Assembly (NCBI RefSeq): GCF_006345805.1
Contig: NC_043014.1
Location: forward strand, 22,816,001-22,880,000
Source: Octopus sinensis
Lineage: Eukaryota
Length of the DNA stretch: 64,000 bases
Reading direction: 5' to 3'
The position numbers were made by a program, and so were the translations under genes. Position 1 is the stretch's first letter; each line of letters starts with the position of its first letter. Shown piece after piece: positions 34,740-48,277 of the stretch. The notes under the pieces were generated by a model, which was not told the DNA's origin, searched no databases, and saw nothing but the letters and a program-made list of their open reading frames with translations.

Positions 34740-35247
34740 CATCGAACCAAATATCAATGGAAACAGTAGTAGTTGTGATACCTGTGCCGGTGACACATAA
34801 AAAGCACCATCCGAACGTGGCCGTTGCCAGTGCAGCCTCCATTGGCTTCTGTGCCAGTGGCACATAAAAAGCACCATCTGAATGTGACCGATGCCAACCC
34901 CGCCTCGAATGGCTTCTGTGCCGGTGGCACATAAAAAGCACTATCCGAACGTGACCGATGCCAGCACCGCCTTGACTGGCTTCTGTGCCAGTAGCACAAA
35001 AAAAAAAAAAAAAAAGCACCAACTGATCGTGGCCGATGCCAGATCCCTCTGGCACCTGTGCAGGTGGTACGTAAAAAGCACCCACTACACTCGCGGAGTG
35101 GTTGGCGTTAGGAAGGGCATCCAGCTGTAGAAACACTGCCAGATCAGACTGGAGCCTGGGGCAGCCCCTGGCTCCCCAGACCCCGGTCGAACCGTCCAAC
35201 CCGTGCTAGCGCGAAAAACGGATGTTAAACGATGATGATGATGATGA
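34740..35247 (+). mobile_element. RTE 3'UTR-only copy (copy F)
   Basis: Five GCAC(A/G)-AAAAAGCAC-type units, the shared tail, and (GAT)n. Confidence 0.85.
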
Positions 35248-35268
35248 TATAAATATATATTATTTATT

Positions 35269-37851
35269 AGAAGACAACTGGAGGATTCTAAGGGACAACC
35301 TGCTGAGAGCCACTGACCAGATCTGTGGCTGGTGCAAAGTCCCCTCTCGGCCTAAAATAACGTGGTGGTGGAACAATGTTGTAGACAGGGCTATTAGAGA
35401 AAAGAGACAGGCTTGGAAGGGCTGGAAGAATGGGGGTAGCAAAAGAGAAGCTAGAAGACAGGTTTATTTAGCCAGAGGGGAAGCAGATAAGAAAAAATTT
35501 GCCAATGTTCTGCGCCATGAGGACCAAAGACTTGAGGTATTTCACATTGCAAGACAGTGTGTGAGAGAGAATCGTGATGTGGTAGGAGAGAAATGTGTTC
35601 GCATGGATGATGGTTCACTTGCACTAAATGAGGATGCAAAGAGAGAGGTTTGGAGATGCCACTATGAAAGGTTGCTGAATAAAGAAAATGAATGGGATAA
35701 AGAGAGTCTGCCGAATGTCGACCCAACAGAGGAACCAACTATCCGAGTTGACAGTTCCTTGGTAGTTAAGGCAATTAGAAGCATGAAGACAGGGAAAGTC
35801 CCAGGCCCATCAGGAATTACTGCAGAGATGCTCAAAATATCTGGTAGTGTCGGCTATAGCCTAGTCACCCATATAGTTAACCAGGTGATACACGAAGGAA
35901 TCATACCCAATGACTGGTGTAGCAGCATAATAGTGAACTGCTACAAAGGTAAAGGTGATGCCCTAGATACAAATAATTACAGAGCTATCAAGCTGTTGGA
36001 TCAGGTAATGAAGGTTATGGAGAGGGTCATAGCCCAACTAATAAGAGAGAGTGTTAGTTTAGATGAGATGCAGTTTGGGTTCATGCCAGGGAAAAGCACC
36101 ATTGATGCCATATTCCAGGTAAGACAGCTGCAGGAGAAATATCTAGCCAACGATAAGCCCCTGTACCTGGCTTTCGTTGACATGGAGAAAGCCTTCGACA
36201 GGGACCCCCGATCCCTTATCTGGTGTTCAATGAGGAAACTAGGGGTAGATGAATGGCTAGTGAGAGCTGTGCAAGCCATGTACAAGGATGCTGCTAGTAA
36301 GGTGAGGGTTGGCAACGAGTACTGTGAAGAATTCCGGGTGGAGGTAGGGGTCCACCAAGGTTCAGTCCTCAGCCCCCTCCTATTTAGCATAGTCCTCCAG
36401 GCAATAACGGAGGAATTCAAGACAGGATGCCCCTGAGAGCTCCTCTATGCTGATGACCTTGCTCTAATTGCTGAGTCACTATCAGAACTGGAGGAGAAGT
36501 TTCGGGTGTGGAAGCAAGGATTAGAATCGAAGGGCCTTAGAGTCAACCTAGCTAAAACCAAAGTCCTAATAAGTAGGAAGGTAGACAAATCACAAACGCC
36601 TTCAGGTAGATGGCCCTGCTCGATCTGTAGAAAAGATGTAGGTAGAAACTCGATAAGATGCACAATGTGTAAGCTATGGACACATAAGAGGTGCAGCAAT
36701 GTCAAAGGAAGGCTAACTAGGAAGATAGTTTTTGTATGTGGCAGATGCCTAGGAGCAATAAACACTGAAAATGCACAGAGAGCAACTTCTGCCACATTCC
36801 AGGGAGAAAAACTAGAAATAGTCGATAGCTTCCGTTACCTAGGTGACCAAGTCAGCAGCGGGGGCGAGTGTATTGAAAGTGTAACTGTTAGAGTAAGAAT
36901 TGCCTGGGCAAAGTTCAGAGAGCTCTTACCTCTGCTAGGAACAAAATGCCTCTCGCTCAGAGTAAAAGGCAGACTGTATGATGCATGTGTACGAACTGCC
37001 ATGCTACATGGCAGTGAAACATGGGCCGTGACTGCTGAGGATATGCTTAAGCTCACAAGAAATGAGGCCAGTATGCTCCGATGGATGTGTAATGTCAGTG
37101 TTCATACTCGACAGAGTGTAAGTACCTTGAGAGAAAAGTTGGACCTAAGAAGCATCAGTTGTGGTGTACAAGAGAGACGTTTGTGCTGGTATGGTCATGT
37201 GGCGAGAATGGATGAAGATAGTTGTGTGAAAAAGTGCCACACCCTAGTGGTTGAGGGAACCTGTGGAAGAGGTAGACCCAGGAAAACCAGGTTGTGGTGG
37301 TGAAGCACAATCTTCGAAATTTAGGTCTCACCAAGGAAATGACTAGAGACCGAGACCTTTGGAAGTATGCTGTGCATGAGAAGACCCAGCAGGACAAGTG
37401 AGACCATAACCCATGGCCTCAGTCCACCTATGCATACCTTTCCTTCTTGGGACACAAAACCCTACTTGTGAAGACCTGTTGAGGCAAGTGAAATCAAAAG
37501 CTAAATCGTTCAACATCAATGGAAATTGTAGCTGTGATACCAGTGCCAGTGGTAGATAAGAGAACCATGCGAACCTGGCCGTGCCAGCGCTGCCCCGACT
37601 GGCTTCCGTGCCGGTGGCACGTAAAAGGCACCATCCGATCGTGGCCGTCGCCAGCCTCGTCTGGCACGTAAAAAGCACCCACTACACTCATGGAGTGGCT
37701 GGCGTTAGGAAGGGCATCCAGCCGTAGAAACATTGCCAGATCAGACTGGGCCTGGTGCAGCCTTCTGGCTTCCCAGGCCCCAGTTGCACCGTCCAACCCA
37801 TGCTAGCATGGAAAGCGGACACTAAACGATGATGATGATGATGATGATGAT
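35269..37851 (+). mobile_element. RTE LINE copy E, 5'-truncated
   Basis: Colinear with copy C; TGG>TGA stop at 36434-36436; 21-nt in-frame deletion near 35440; (GAT)n tail. Confidence 0.95.
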
Positions 37852-38574
37852 ATATATTTATATGTATACCCATATATATATATTACTTATATTATATATA
37901 TATGCACACACACACACACACACACATAGGAAGAGTATATGAGGATAAATTATCCAGGCAGGTATCATATGAGCACTGTTATAGTCCAAGCTCAGTTTGA
38001 CCACATTAAGTCGTAAGGAGTGACTAGGACTACTTAGTGTGAGCAATCCCATTGTAATTCATCTCATGGTTTGGTTCTCTTGGTTATGGATATTTTTAGG
38101 TGTGTAAATACTGCTAGAAGAAGGTTGCAAATGTCTTATATGTAAGCCATAAAAATTGGAAGATATGAAAGGTGAATATATATTTATTTAACCATATGTC
38201 ATCCTTAGGATTACAGCCATTTTGTAACCTTCTTCATGCAGTATTGATTTCAGTGTGAAGAAATTATGCTTATCTGTTTGCATTAATATACATGCATGGC
38301 ATTATGCAATACAATTGTACATTCACAAATCAATACAAATAAAGAAAACTAGTATTATCTTTACTGATCAAACAAAACTAATTTTAACTGAGCAATGAAG
38401 GGCAGGAAAACCAACACCATCAAATCCTCAACTACCATGACCATTCCCTGTCCACACTGGTAGGGAATCTGGGCGCAACTTGGCCTGATCAGTCACCAAC
38501 ATGCCCACAAAGCCCAACCCCAACCTCAACCCCATAATGACTAGAAAGTCTTCAATACTTCAACAGATGAATGT

Positions 38575-38975
38575 CGGCATGGCTGTATGGTAAGAAGCTT
38601 GCTTCTCAACCACATTGTTCCAGGTTCAGTCCCACTGCATGGTATCTTCTGCTATAGCCTGGGGGTTAGTGAGTGGGTTAGGTAGATGGAAACTGGAAGA
38701 AGCTTGTCATATATATATATATATGTATGTATATATATGTGTGTGAGTGTGTGTGTGTTTGTGTTTGTGTTTGTTCCCCTACTATCACTTGATAACCGAT
38801 ACTGGTGTGTTTATGTCATTTAGCACTTCGGCAAAAGAGGCTGATAGAATAAGTACTAGGCTTACAAAGAATAAGTCTTGGGGTTGATTTCTTTGACTAA
38901 CACCCTTGACTAACATGTGGTGCTCCAGCATGGCGACTATCAAATGACTGAAATAAGTACAAGAATAAAAGAATA
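38575..38975 (+). mobile_element. tRNA-derived SINE with an internal microsatellite
   Basis: GGCATGGCTGTATGGTAAGAAG...GGTTCAGTCCC head; tail GGTGCTCCAGCATGG...AAATGACTGAAA.AAGTA. Confidence 0.75.
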
Positions 38976-39049
38976 GAAGAATATGTAAATATAACTGTAT
39001 GAATATGTGTGTTTGTGTGTGTGTGTGTGTGACAGTTAAATGATTACAT

Positions 39050-40560
39050 TACTAACGGGAATTCTTATATGCTGATGACTTCACTCTTATTCTGAACCTT
39101 GTAAGGTTAGAACAGAAATTCCAGGTGTAGAAGTAAAACTTGGAATCAGAAGGTCCTAGGTAGAAATTCCATGGGATGTGCCAGTACAATTTATGGACAC
39201 ACAAGGGGTGCAGAGGAATCGTAAGAAGATTGAAGAGAAACAGATTTTATAATGTGACAGATGCACAGAAAATAGATTTCCTTCAATGTCAAGGTAGATC
39301 CTTATTCTGAATTTGTTGTAAGGTTAGAACAGAAATTCCAGGAAGGCCTCATGAAAGTATAGTAGACAGTGTACGAACAGGCTAGAAAAAAAAAATTTAT
39401 GGAGCTATTACCTCTGTTGGTAACAAATTTTTCTCTCAAAGTGAATGGCAGATTTTACAATGACATGTACAAACTGAAATACTACATGGTAGAGATACAT
39501 TGGCCCTGAATGTAGAGAACCTGCAAACACAAGAAAAAATATGAAGCAACCATGCCCTGTTGGATGTGTAATTTTAGTGTACATTAACAATGGAGTTCAA
39601 ATGTGTTGAAAGATAAATTGAGCATAAAAAGAATCAGATGTACTTTAACCTTAACACCTAACATATAGCCACCTCCCTTTCTTTAATTCTCCCTCTCAGG
39701 AAAAGGACTCTTTAGTCTTGCAATTTACACAATGACCTTACTAGTGCTGGTACTAAAAAAAACAATGTATCCAGTACACACAGTAAAATGATTATCATTA
39801 GGAAGGGCATCAAGTAATACAAGCAGCCAAAACAGAAACACTGGAGCATGATGTAAATTTCCAACCCATTAGATCTGGTCAAATCATCTAACCTATTTCA
39901 GTATGGAAGTGGACAGGAAGTGATGATGATGAGGATTATAAAGAAATTAAGAATATATACACGGAAAACTCCAGGTCTGTAGGGAATTACTGCTGAGATG
40001 CTTAAAATATCTGGTGGAGTGGGACGCAGCCTAGTCACTTATATAGTTAATCAGGTTGTCCAAGAAGGGATCATACCCAACGACTGGTGTAGGAGAATCA
40101 TAGTCAACTGCTACAAAGGTAAAGAAGATGTCTCAGGCACAAGTAATTTCAGGTATATGGAATTGCTGGGCTAGGTGATGAAAGTTACAGAAAGGGTCGT
40201 AGCTCAACTAATTAGAACAAAAGTAAACTTTAATGAGATGCAGTTTGGTTTTGTGACAGGGAGAAGTGCTACTGATGCTATCTTCTTAGTAAGGCAACTG
40301 CAAGAAAAGCATTTGGCTAAAAATAAACCACTGTACTTGGTATTTGTCAACATGGAGAAAGCCTCTGACAGAGACCCTGATGGTCACTGTGGAAGCTTAA
40401 GGTAGATGTACAGTTAGTGAGAGCCATCCAAGCCACATACAGAGATGTTGTCAATAAGGTGAAAGTCAGCAATAAGTACTAGATATAGCAGTGAATTTAG
40501 TGTGCTAGTAGATCACAACAGGTTGCAGTCCTTTTAGATTTATCGTAGTCCTTCAGGCCA
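39050..40560 (+). mobile_element. Scattered, strongly decayed RTE fragments and a tail
   Basis: YADD-region relic at ~39065, tail at ~39790-39935, and RT segment MKVTERVVAQLIR...MQFGFVTGRSATDAIFLVRQLQEK. Confidence 0.7.
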
Positions 40561-41104
40561 TAACATAAGATTAAATATGTCCCAACAAACATATTTCAAT
40601 TGATCAAAATGACTATATATATATATAATCATTATTCCCATCATTTAAAGTCCACTCTCCATGCTAGCATGGGTTGGACAGTTTAACAGGAGCTTACATG
40701 AAGGCTGTGCCAAGCTTTACATGTAGGCTGTACACAAGCTTTACTATAACCCATAATTCACAGTGGCCAACGTTTATGCACAACAAAGACAAATAAAAGC
40801 ATATTAATTAACATACAAGATTAAATTCATGATTTATTGATATTATCTCTATTTCAAGATAAGGTGGTAGAACAATCACTGATTGGGAATTGAGGACTCC
40901 AGAAATGAAGGGGAGATGATCTCATAAACCAAGAATTCCCTAAAAGCTGACATTGAAGAAAAAATATCCCAGAGACAAGAGAACAGTCATAGACATGTAT
41001 GTCTGTTTCAATAGACATCATCAGCACAGCAGTTGCTCTACCCTGTCTTCCACAAAATGAGATACTTAGCCATATTAGAAAAAACCGGGGACATTCACAC
41101 ACAA

Positions 41105-41470
41105 ATAGGCGCAGTGTAGCTGTGTGGTAAGAAGCTTGCTTCCTAATCACATGGTCCTGGGTTCAGTCCCATTGCGTTGGCACCTTGAGCCAGTGTCTTC
41201 TACTATAACCTTGGACCAACCAAAGTCTTGTGAGTGGAAACTGAAAGAAGCCCATCGTGTGTGTATGTGTGTCTGTGTTTGTCCCTGGCACCATCACTTG
41301 ACAACCAATATTGGTGTGTTTACATCTCTGTAACTTAGTAGTCTGGCAAAAGAGACCAATAGGATAAGTACTAGGCTACCAAAGAATAAGTCTTTGGGTC
41401 AATTTGTTTAACTAATGGTGGTGCTCCAGCATGGTGGTAGTCAAAATACTGAAACAAGTAAAAGAATAAA
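41105..41470 (+). mobile_element. tRNA-derived SINE (same family as 38575)
   Basis: GGCGCAGTGTAGCTGTGTGGTAAGAAGCTTGCTTCC...GGTTCAGTCCC, with the shared tail. Confidence 0.8.
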
Positions 41471-41613
41471 ATACATACATTCATATGGATGCATGTATGT
41501 ACATATGTATGGTCTCTTTTGTACATATGTATGTACATGCACAGACATGCATATGTACATAAATACACGCATACACACACACAAACGCACACACACCACA
41601 CACTCACATGCAT

Positions 41614-41652
<39 letters not shown>

Positions 41653-43104
41653 TTAAGAATTCATTGTAAAAGAAACCTTTCTCTGAATGAGATGGCACAG
41701 CAGTCAAGCAGTCAGCTGGTCAGTCAACCATGGCAAGGTGAAGAAAATAGCTGGAATGCAGACAATTGAAAAAATCTCTCAATGAGGTTGAGAGAGAAGA
41801 AAAAGAAGGAGAGAGAAAGAGGAACGTGGAGGGGGAAGGAGAAAAGGAGCAGAAATAAAAAGAGAGAGTGAAAGATAAAGGGGAGGATTTAAGATGTATG
41901 GCTAGTGTATTCTAGTGTCCCCTCTTTGTTTAGCCCCTTGTGGGTAGTAAAGAAATATATTCTAGTATGACCTCTGATAACACTACCATTATCACAAATA
42001 TATTCTAGTATGACCTCTGATAAGACTACCATTATCACCAAGTGGCTGGGTAGATGAATGCAAGAAGAGCTGTAAACAGGAGAAAGAAAAACTGAAGCAA
42101 CATACCTATAATATCTCACTATTGCAACCGTCATCACCACAACTACACATCACTGTGAATGAATGAAAGGGGTGCATAGGGAGCGGGGGGGGGGAAGATA
42201 ACTGTATATGGTATATTTATGGTTACCCCAAAATATATGCTACTGAGAGCATAACTGAACCAGCAAACCAGCCTCTGTGATCGCTGAACCAGCTAGAGAT
42301 AGCAACTAAATCTCCAAATCTCCTTGAAATTCTTACTCTTCTGTTAACAGTAAATGGGTTAATCCTTCTGTGATCCCATTACTAGCACTACCAATATGTT
42401 TTAATGAGTTTTGAGAATAAAGAATTGGGATGATTTAATAAAATAACTAGCATGGTTTTGTTTTTTTTACAAGAACTAGTATTTTGTAAAATTACAAAAT
42501 ATGTGCAAATGAAATTATGAAGGAAAGTTCCAATTTAAACTTTGTTTTTGTATTTTGTTCATTAAACAAACCTTGTATCTAAAAGAGGCAATTACACCAA
42601 TAATAATGACACATACTAGTTCAGTTTTACTCCTTTATTGTCAGTCAACCTAACCAACTAGTTTGTTGGTTGAACAATCAATCTCTTTAGTGACCTGACC
42701 TCTTTATTCCAGGTCAGCTTTAAACATGAATGCAGAAAAAAAAATAAGAAAAGAAGAACATGTTTCTTTTTCTTGTCTTTTCTTTTTGTCAGAATGTTCT
42801 GGAGCTAGATATCAATAAGAAAGAACACATTGTGTGATGTAATTTTAATTATTATGTCTAATGAGAGAAGAATGGGTTCTACACAACACTTTAAGCAAGT
42901 GTCTTCTACAATATCCTTTGGTTGACCAAAGACTTGTGAGTGAATTTAGTAGAGAGAAACTGCTCAGAAGCCCATGACTTAAGCTTTCCAACTTAATACT
43001 TGTCCTAATAGAGTACTCTGGATCTATTTTTTCTTACCTTGGTAAGACAAGATTCTTTCTTGCTTGTATATGAATTTACTTGCTTTGTTCTTCTGTATAT
43101 CCTG

Positions 43105-43310
43105 GTTCTTTTGCTTGTTTCAGTCATGAGACTGTGGCCATACTGGGGCACCATCTTGAATAATTTTTAGTCAAATGTATCAACCCCAGTACTTACTTTT
43201 TTTAAAGCTTGGTACCTATTCTATTGGTCTCTTATGCCAAACCACTAAGTTACAGGGATGTAAACACACCAACACCAGTTGTCAGGTGGTGGTGGGAGAC
43301 AAACAGAGAC
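43105..43310 (-). mobile_element. SINE 3' half, reverse strand
   Basis: TTGTTTCAGTCAT...TGGCCATACTGGGGCACC is the reverse complement of the shared tail; a similar relic lies at ~60420-60545. Confidence 0.6.
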
Positions 43311-43539
43311 ACAATAATGCACACACACAGAGGTCTGTGTGTGTGTGTGTGTGTATGTGTGTGTGTGTGTGTATGTGTGTGTGTGTGTGTGTAGGAACTA
43401 CAGACATGTAACATAGAGGGCAACTGGGAGTTCCTGCAATACAACTTGCTGAGTGGCACAGACAAACCTGTGGCCAGCACAAAGTCCCAACCAGTCCTGG
43501 AGTGGTGTGGTGGTCAAATGATGTTGTAAACAAGGTCAT

Positions 43540-44045
43540 TTGAGTGAAGAAACAGACTTAGGACTGGAAGAATGGTAATAGCAGAGAACTATATCTGGTA
43601 GCTGAGAGGGAGGTTAGTAGACAGGTGTACTTCGCCAGGGAAGAAGCAGAAAGGAGGAAGTTTGCCAATGTTCTGTGATGTGAGGACTAGAGGCTTGAAG
43701 TGTTTTGGATTGCAAGACAGTGTCACCCCAAAAATCATGATGTGGTTGGAGAGAAATGTGTTCACATGGATGATGGCTCACTTGCAGTTAGTGGCTCTGC
43801 AAAAAAGGAGGCTTGGAAGAATGACTAATGTGGACCCAACTGAGGGGTTGGATATTCGAAATGACAGTAGCAATTAAGGATATGACAGGAAAAGCCCCAT
43901 TAGGAATCACTGCTGAGATGCTTAAAATATCTGGTGGAGTGGGATATGACCTGGTTACCTGTATAGTTAATCAGGTTGACCATCATACAATGATTGGTGT
44001 AGCAGCATTATAGTCAACTGCTACAAAGGCAAAGGTGATGCCCTA
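43540..44045 (+). mobile_element. Decayed, internally deleted RTE fragment
   Basis: Homology to the copy C linker and GKAP-GITAEMLKISGGVG. Confidence 0.7.
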
Positions 44046-44048
44046 CAC

Positions 44049-44815
44049 CATTGGTTCTGAAACTGGGGTCTATAGTCCCTTAGAGGACTGTAAAGGGATT
44101 TGAGGGGTACTATGAAGGGATACTGAAGCGCTTTGAAAATGGGTGGCTTGAGACAGTTAAGTTTAAAAACTTGAAGACTACACACTCATTTGCTAATCAC
44201 ACTTGTTGTACAATAGGTGTGATTGGCTGATGGAAAATATGCATTAGGTTGATCGTGCATGTGCTGTCAGTATTTTACACTCACATGATTCACCACTCCA
44301 CTATTCCAATCCACATGTTTGCATGTCTTTTGCCATCACTATCCTCATTGGAGCATGTTCCTGAATAACCTTGCCATTTGCCAGACACCCTTTCTCATCC
44401 CACATGATGGCTGGGCTTCATAAGGCATGGTTGTTCTTCATAGCAATGTGTTTCAACAAGTGTCTTCTCAACGGTTGTCAATTCATGGGGGTTTATCTAC
44501 AGACAAAGCAATGCTCATATACACTTCCACAATTGTGCACCCAGTAGTATATGACAAATGTGAAATAAATATACAACATAGTTATATTAAATTGGTTTAC
44601 TGAATTTTATCTTTTTTCATAATGCCTCAGAAAAAGAAAATGAGATATGACAAATCTCATTTGAAATTTGGTTTTACTGTGATAAAGTCTTGTTGAAAAG
44701 GAAACCACAATGTGTTTTGTACTCTGAGATTTTGGCATCTACTTCACTAAAGCCTAGCTAATTAAAGAGGCACTTGAAAATGAAGCACCCCAGTTCAATA
44801 AATAGAGAATTCAAG
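44049..44815 (+). mobile_element. hAT Charlie/Buster-like left end plus transposase N-terminus
   Basis: TIR-like CATTGGTTCTGAAACTGGGG; peptide MPQKKKMRYDKSHLKFGFT...KPQCVL...SLKPS*LKRHLKMKHP. Confidence 0.7.
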
Positions 44816-44829
44816 AGTGGATGCTCCAT

Positions 44830-46330
44830 TGACCGATTTTTCCACCTGGTAGAGGGCAGTGAGTGCCTGGTAACATTCCAGATGCCAATCACCCAGTCTG
44901 GGTCTCTTCTTGACCTAGGACTGCAGCTCAGTCAAGGAGACGAGCTGGGGAAAGGCCTGTTTGACAAACAGCAACCACACTTGTTCGCCATTTAGGCAGA
45001 ATATCTGGAGATGCTGCAGCTCCAGTGCATATCTATACAGCATTCATCACGGCATTCCCAGCCCTCCACGTAGAAGGTGCTAGCAGAAGCTGGACTGCTG
45101 TACCAACGGAACCTATTTCCTCGACAAGAATTTGAAGAGGAGGCACTCCAACTTGGCGAAGTGCGAACAGCGACAAGGCATGACTGCCAAGCAGCAGTAG
45201 ATGACAGACGCGATGTACACATTCGCTACCTCCACCTGACCTTTCTGTGACAGCTTCCTTGCAGCCCATTTCTGGGTGAGACTGGCTACTCTGCTTGTTA
45301 CCTCATCTTAATTTTTATCCACCTGGAAGTCTAGTCCAAACCAAACCCCAAGCAACTTTACAAATCCATCTGTCCAGCTCCCAACTATGCAGTTGGACAG
45401 CATGGACTTGCCTCTCCAGATGCTGAGATGCAAGCCACCAACTTTTCTGGGTTACGTTTTGCTCCTGTCAAATTTTCATATTCCTCCAGTGATGAGCCGC
45501 CCATCTCAATTTCTGAGGTATTCAACACCATCATGGTGATGCCGTCTGTATAAGCCAACACAACACTTCCACGTCCCAGTTCAAGCGGGAAGCTAAAGTC
45601 AGCTGCCTTGAGGACAGCCTCCAGGTACCGATGGTCAACCCTATCGAATGTTTTCGATTGATCTAAATTGACCATAGCCCCACTGAAGCCAGGTTTACAC
45701 CCTACCCTTTCTGTGATGTGTTGCATGAGGTGGAGGTTGTCATGTGTGGACTTGGTCGGGATTGCCTCCCCAACCAAGTCTTCGACGACAAGTGCCAACC
45801 TCTTCGCTAACACTTTAGCCAAAAATCCTATATTCTGTGCTGAGCAGAGTTATAGGCCTGAAATTATCTAATGTGTCCCTCTTGTTTTCATCTTTCCTTA
45901 TCAGCATCACTAAGCCCCAGCTCACAGAACTGGGAATATTCCTGTTCTGCTGCCAGTTGCAGTAGAGTGCTTCGAGGAAATCAGAGACCAAGTCTGGCAT
46001 ATTTACATAATGCTCATAAGAGAGACCATCCAAACTGGGTGCCTTGCACCTTGTACAGCTGAATTTTGGCTGATGTTATCTGCCTTTTGCAGCACTCAGC
46101 ATCAGCTGTCGAGAGGCATGGCAAACTGTCGAGATAGGGACTGAAATCTGCTACTATCAAAACCTGCCACTCCTGTGAATAAACTGAGCAAAGTGACTGG
46201 CAAAAGGCCTTACACATCTGCCTGGAATCGCTCAGCACGTGTCCATCTTGGCTCATCAAAGACTGAATTGTGGTTTTGTTACCATGTTGTGCCTCTGAGA
46301 TATGGGGGGGGGGGGGCATTGAACAGTTTT
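44830..46330 (-). mobile_element. L1/Tx1-clade LINE ORF2 relic
   Basis: DGLSYEHY, GLVMLIRKD...DNFRPITLLSTEYRI, AKVLAKRL, NLDQSKTFDRVDHRYL and LAYTDGIT. Confidence 0.8.
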
Positions 46331-46699
46331 CACCACCTCTACCACCTCTGCTATTATTGTTGTTGTTGTTGTTATTGTTGCTGGGACTGAGTGATATGAG
46401 AGGGAGAAAGTCTTCTTCTGTGGGAGGGCTGGTGGGAGAGATAGCTTTCCCCCTCATCGCTTCCATGGTTGCTGATGCCAATAATGATAGTAATGAGGAT
46501 GACGCCATCTTGTGCGTGTGTGTTTTTTTTTTTTTTTAATGCAATTGATAATTAAATGAATAAATACTGCCCCTCACTGGGCAGAAATAACCACCAAAAG
46601 CCTATCAGTAGGTTCTTAGTGTTCTTGTTGTCTGTTTATAAGAAGAATTGATAAAATATATTTGTTCAGACAAGGTGAAAAGCACAGTTTAAATAATAA

Positions 46700-47306
46700 C
46701 TTATAAAGCATGCTCAAAAGAACATCTTACATATCCCACAACCAATAACAACAACAACAGCAACAACAACAACAACAATAATAATAATAACAATAAAACC
46801 AGATATTGTTGTGGAAGACCAAAACAATAAAGTCTGTTTATTGACTGACATGAGCATACCTTGTGATCATATCTCGTCAAAAGTATTTGCTGATTGAAAT
46901 CAAAAAGATGTGGCATAACAGTGATTGTAGGAGCACTCAGAATGATCAGAAAAGGAACTGAAAATTATTTGAGGATGATCCACGGCTTACCATCCATGCA
47001 AAAAGTGCTAAAGATTGTTTTAACTAATATGTCACATGTATTGAGAAGAGTGTTGTCCCTGTGAATTTTCTTTCCATTTTCCCCTTTATTTACTTTCTTT
47101 TTCCTTTTTTCATGTTTTCTTATTTTTAAATATTTTTCTTCTTTCCTTTTTCTTTCTTTTTTGCTCTTTTTTTTTCTACCGCATGACTTTGTAAATGAAC
47201 AATCTAGTGTGTTTATTCTAATGTCCTACCTATGTTTATTGTGAGTTTCTTTGCCTTAAGTGTTGGGAAGAAACTCTGCAAAAAATAGAAACAAAATTGA
47301 AAGAAG

Positions 47307-47344
<38 letters not shown>

Positions 47345-47345
47345 T
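46700..47345 (+). mobile_element. R4/Dong-like non-LTR element 3' end (restriction-like endonuclease), followed by (TAA)n
   Basis: KPDIVVEDQNNKVCLLTDMSIPCD...VIVGAL.MIRKGTENYL...HVLRRVLSL* resembles the PD..D RLE C-terminus; (TAA)n at ~47307-47343. Confidence 0.6.
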
Positions 47346-47959
47346 TATAGTGGGGAGTGTTGTTGCTGAAATTGTTCCCCAAAGTATTACTAGTATTAGA
47401 CACAAGGCTCTTTTTTGTTACTAGTAATACATATTTTATTAGATTCTAGCATGAAGCATCTAGCCCGGATTTCTAAATCGCAGTCACAACTCTGCATTAG
47501 ACTTTCACTCAGTATTTTTCTAGCTGCCTTATGTTTTGAAACTTCTGGTTATAACAGATGTTAAGTGGAATACTTGATTGTGTGTTTTAAGATTTATTTA
47601 TACTGCATATCATATTTTCCTAGGTATTTGATTGAGATTTCGAAGCTCTTGTTGATCATAAAAAATAAAAAATCCCCCAAAACCAAGTAACTGTAAACAC
47701 TTGTGATGGTCTTGAGTCAATGGGGGTAACTTCTACATAGCTGCCTGATCTCTCAGAAATGGTTGCCAGATTTTCCTATCTTTGGTATCACCCTTGTCAG
47801 TGGTAGTGATTGTCACCATCATTATCCCCATCATTATTTTATGTCTGTTTTCCATACTGGCATAGATTGTAAGATTCAATACTGTTCATGTCATTTTGTA
47901 CATACAGAAACAGAAGCAGAAGAACTGGCCAAATTTGGTGTTGTTTATATTTTGCAGTA

Positions 47960-48170
47960 TGGACAGGTTGTGTTTTCAGCTGTGTAAAGAAGTGCTGATC
48001 CCTAACTGTGGAGGGAACCTGTGGAAGAAGCAGACCCAGGAAGATATGGCATGAGGTGGTGAAATATGATCTTTGGATGTTCAGTCTCATGGAGGTGACG
48101 ACAAGTGGCTGTGACTTTTGGAGATATGCTGTATTTGGGAAGAAACATCAAGCTAAGTGAAATCATTGTT
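47960..48170 (+). mobile_element. Old RTE 3'-ORF relic (a similar relic lies at ~61080-61330)
   Basis: VEGTCGRSRPRKIWHEVVKYDL homology. Confidence 0.65.
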
Positions 48171-48233
48171 GTAGCTAATGCTGGTAACACATGAAAAGCA
48201 CCCATGCTGTTTGACACATATATATACATATAC

Positions 48234-48277
<44 letters not shown>

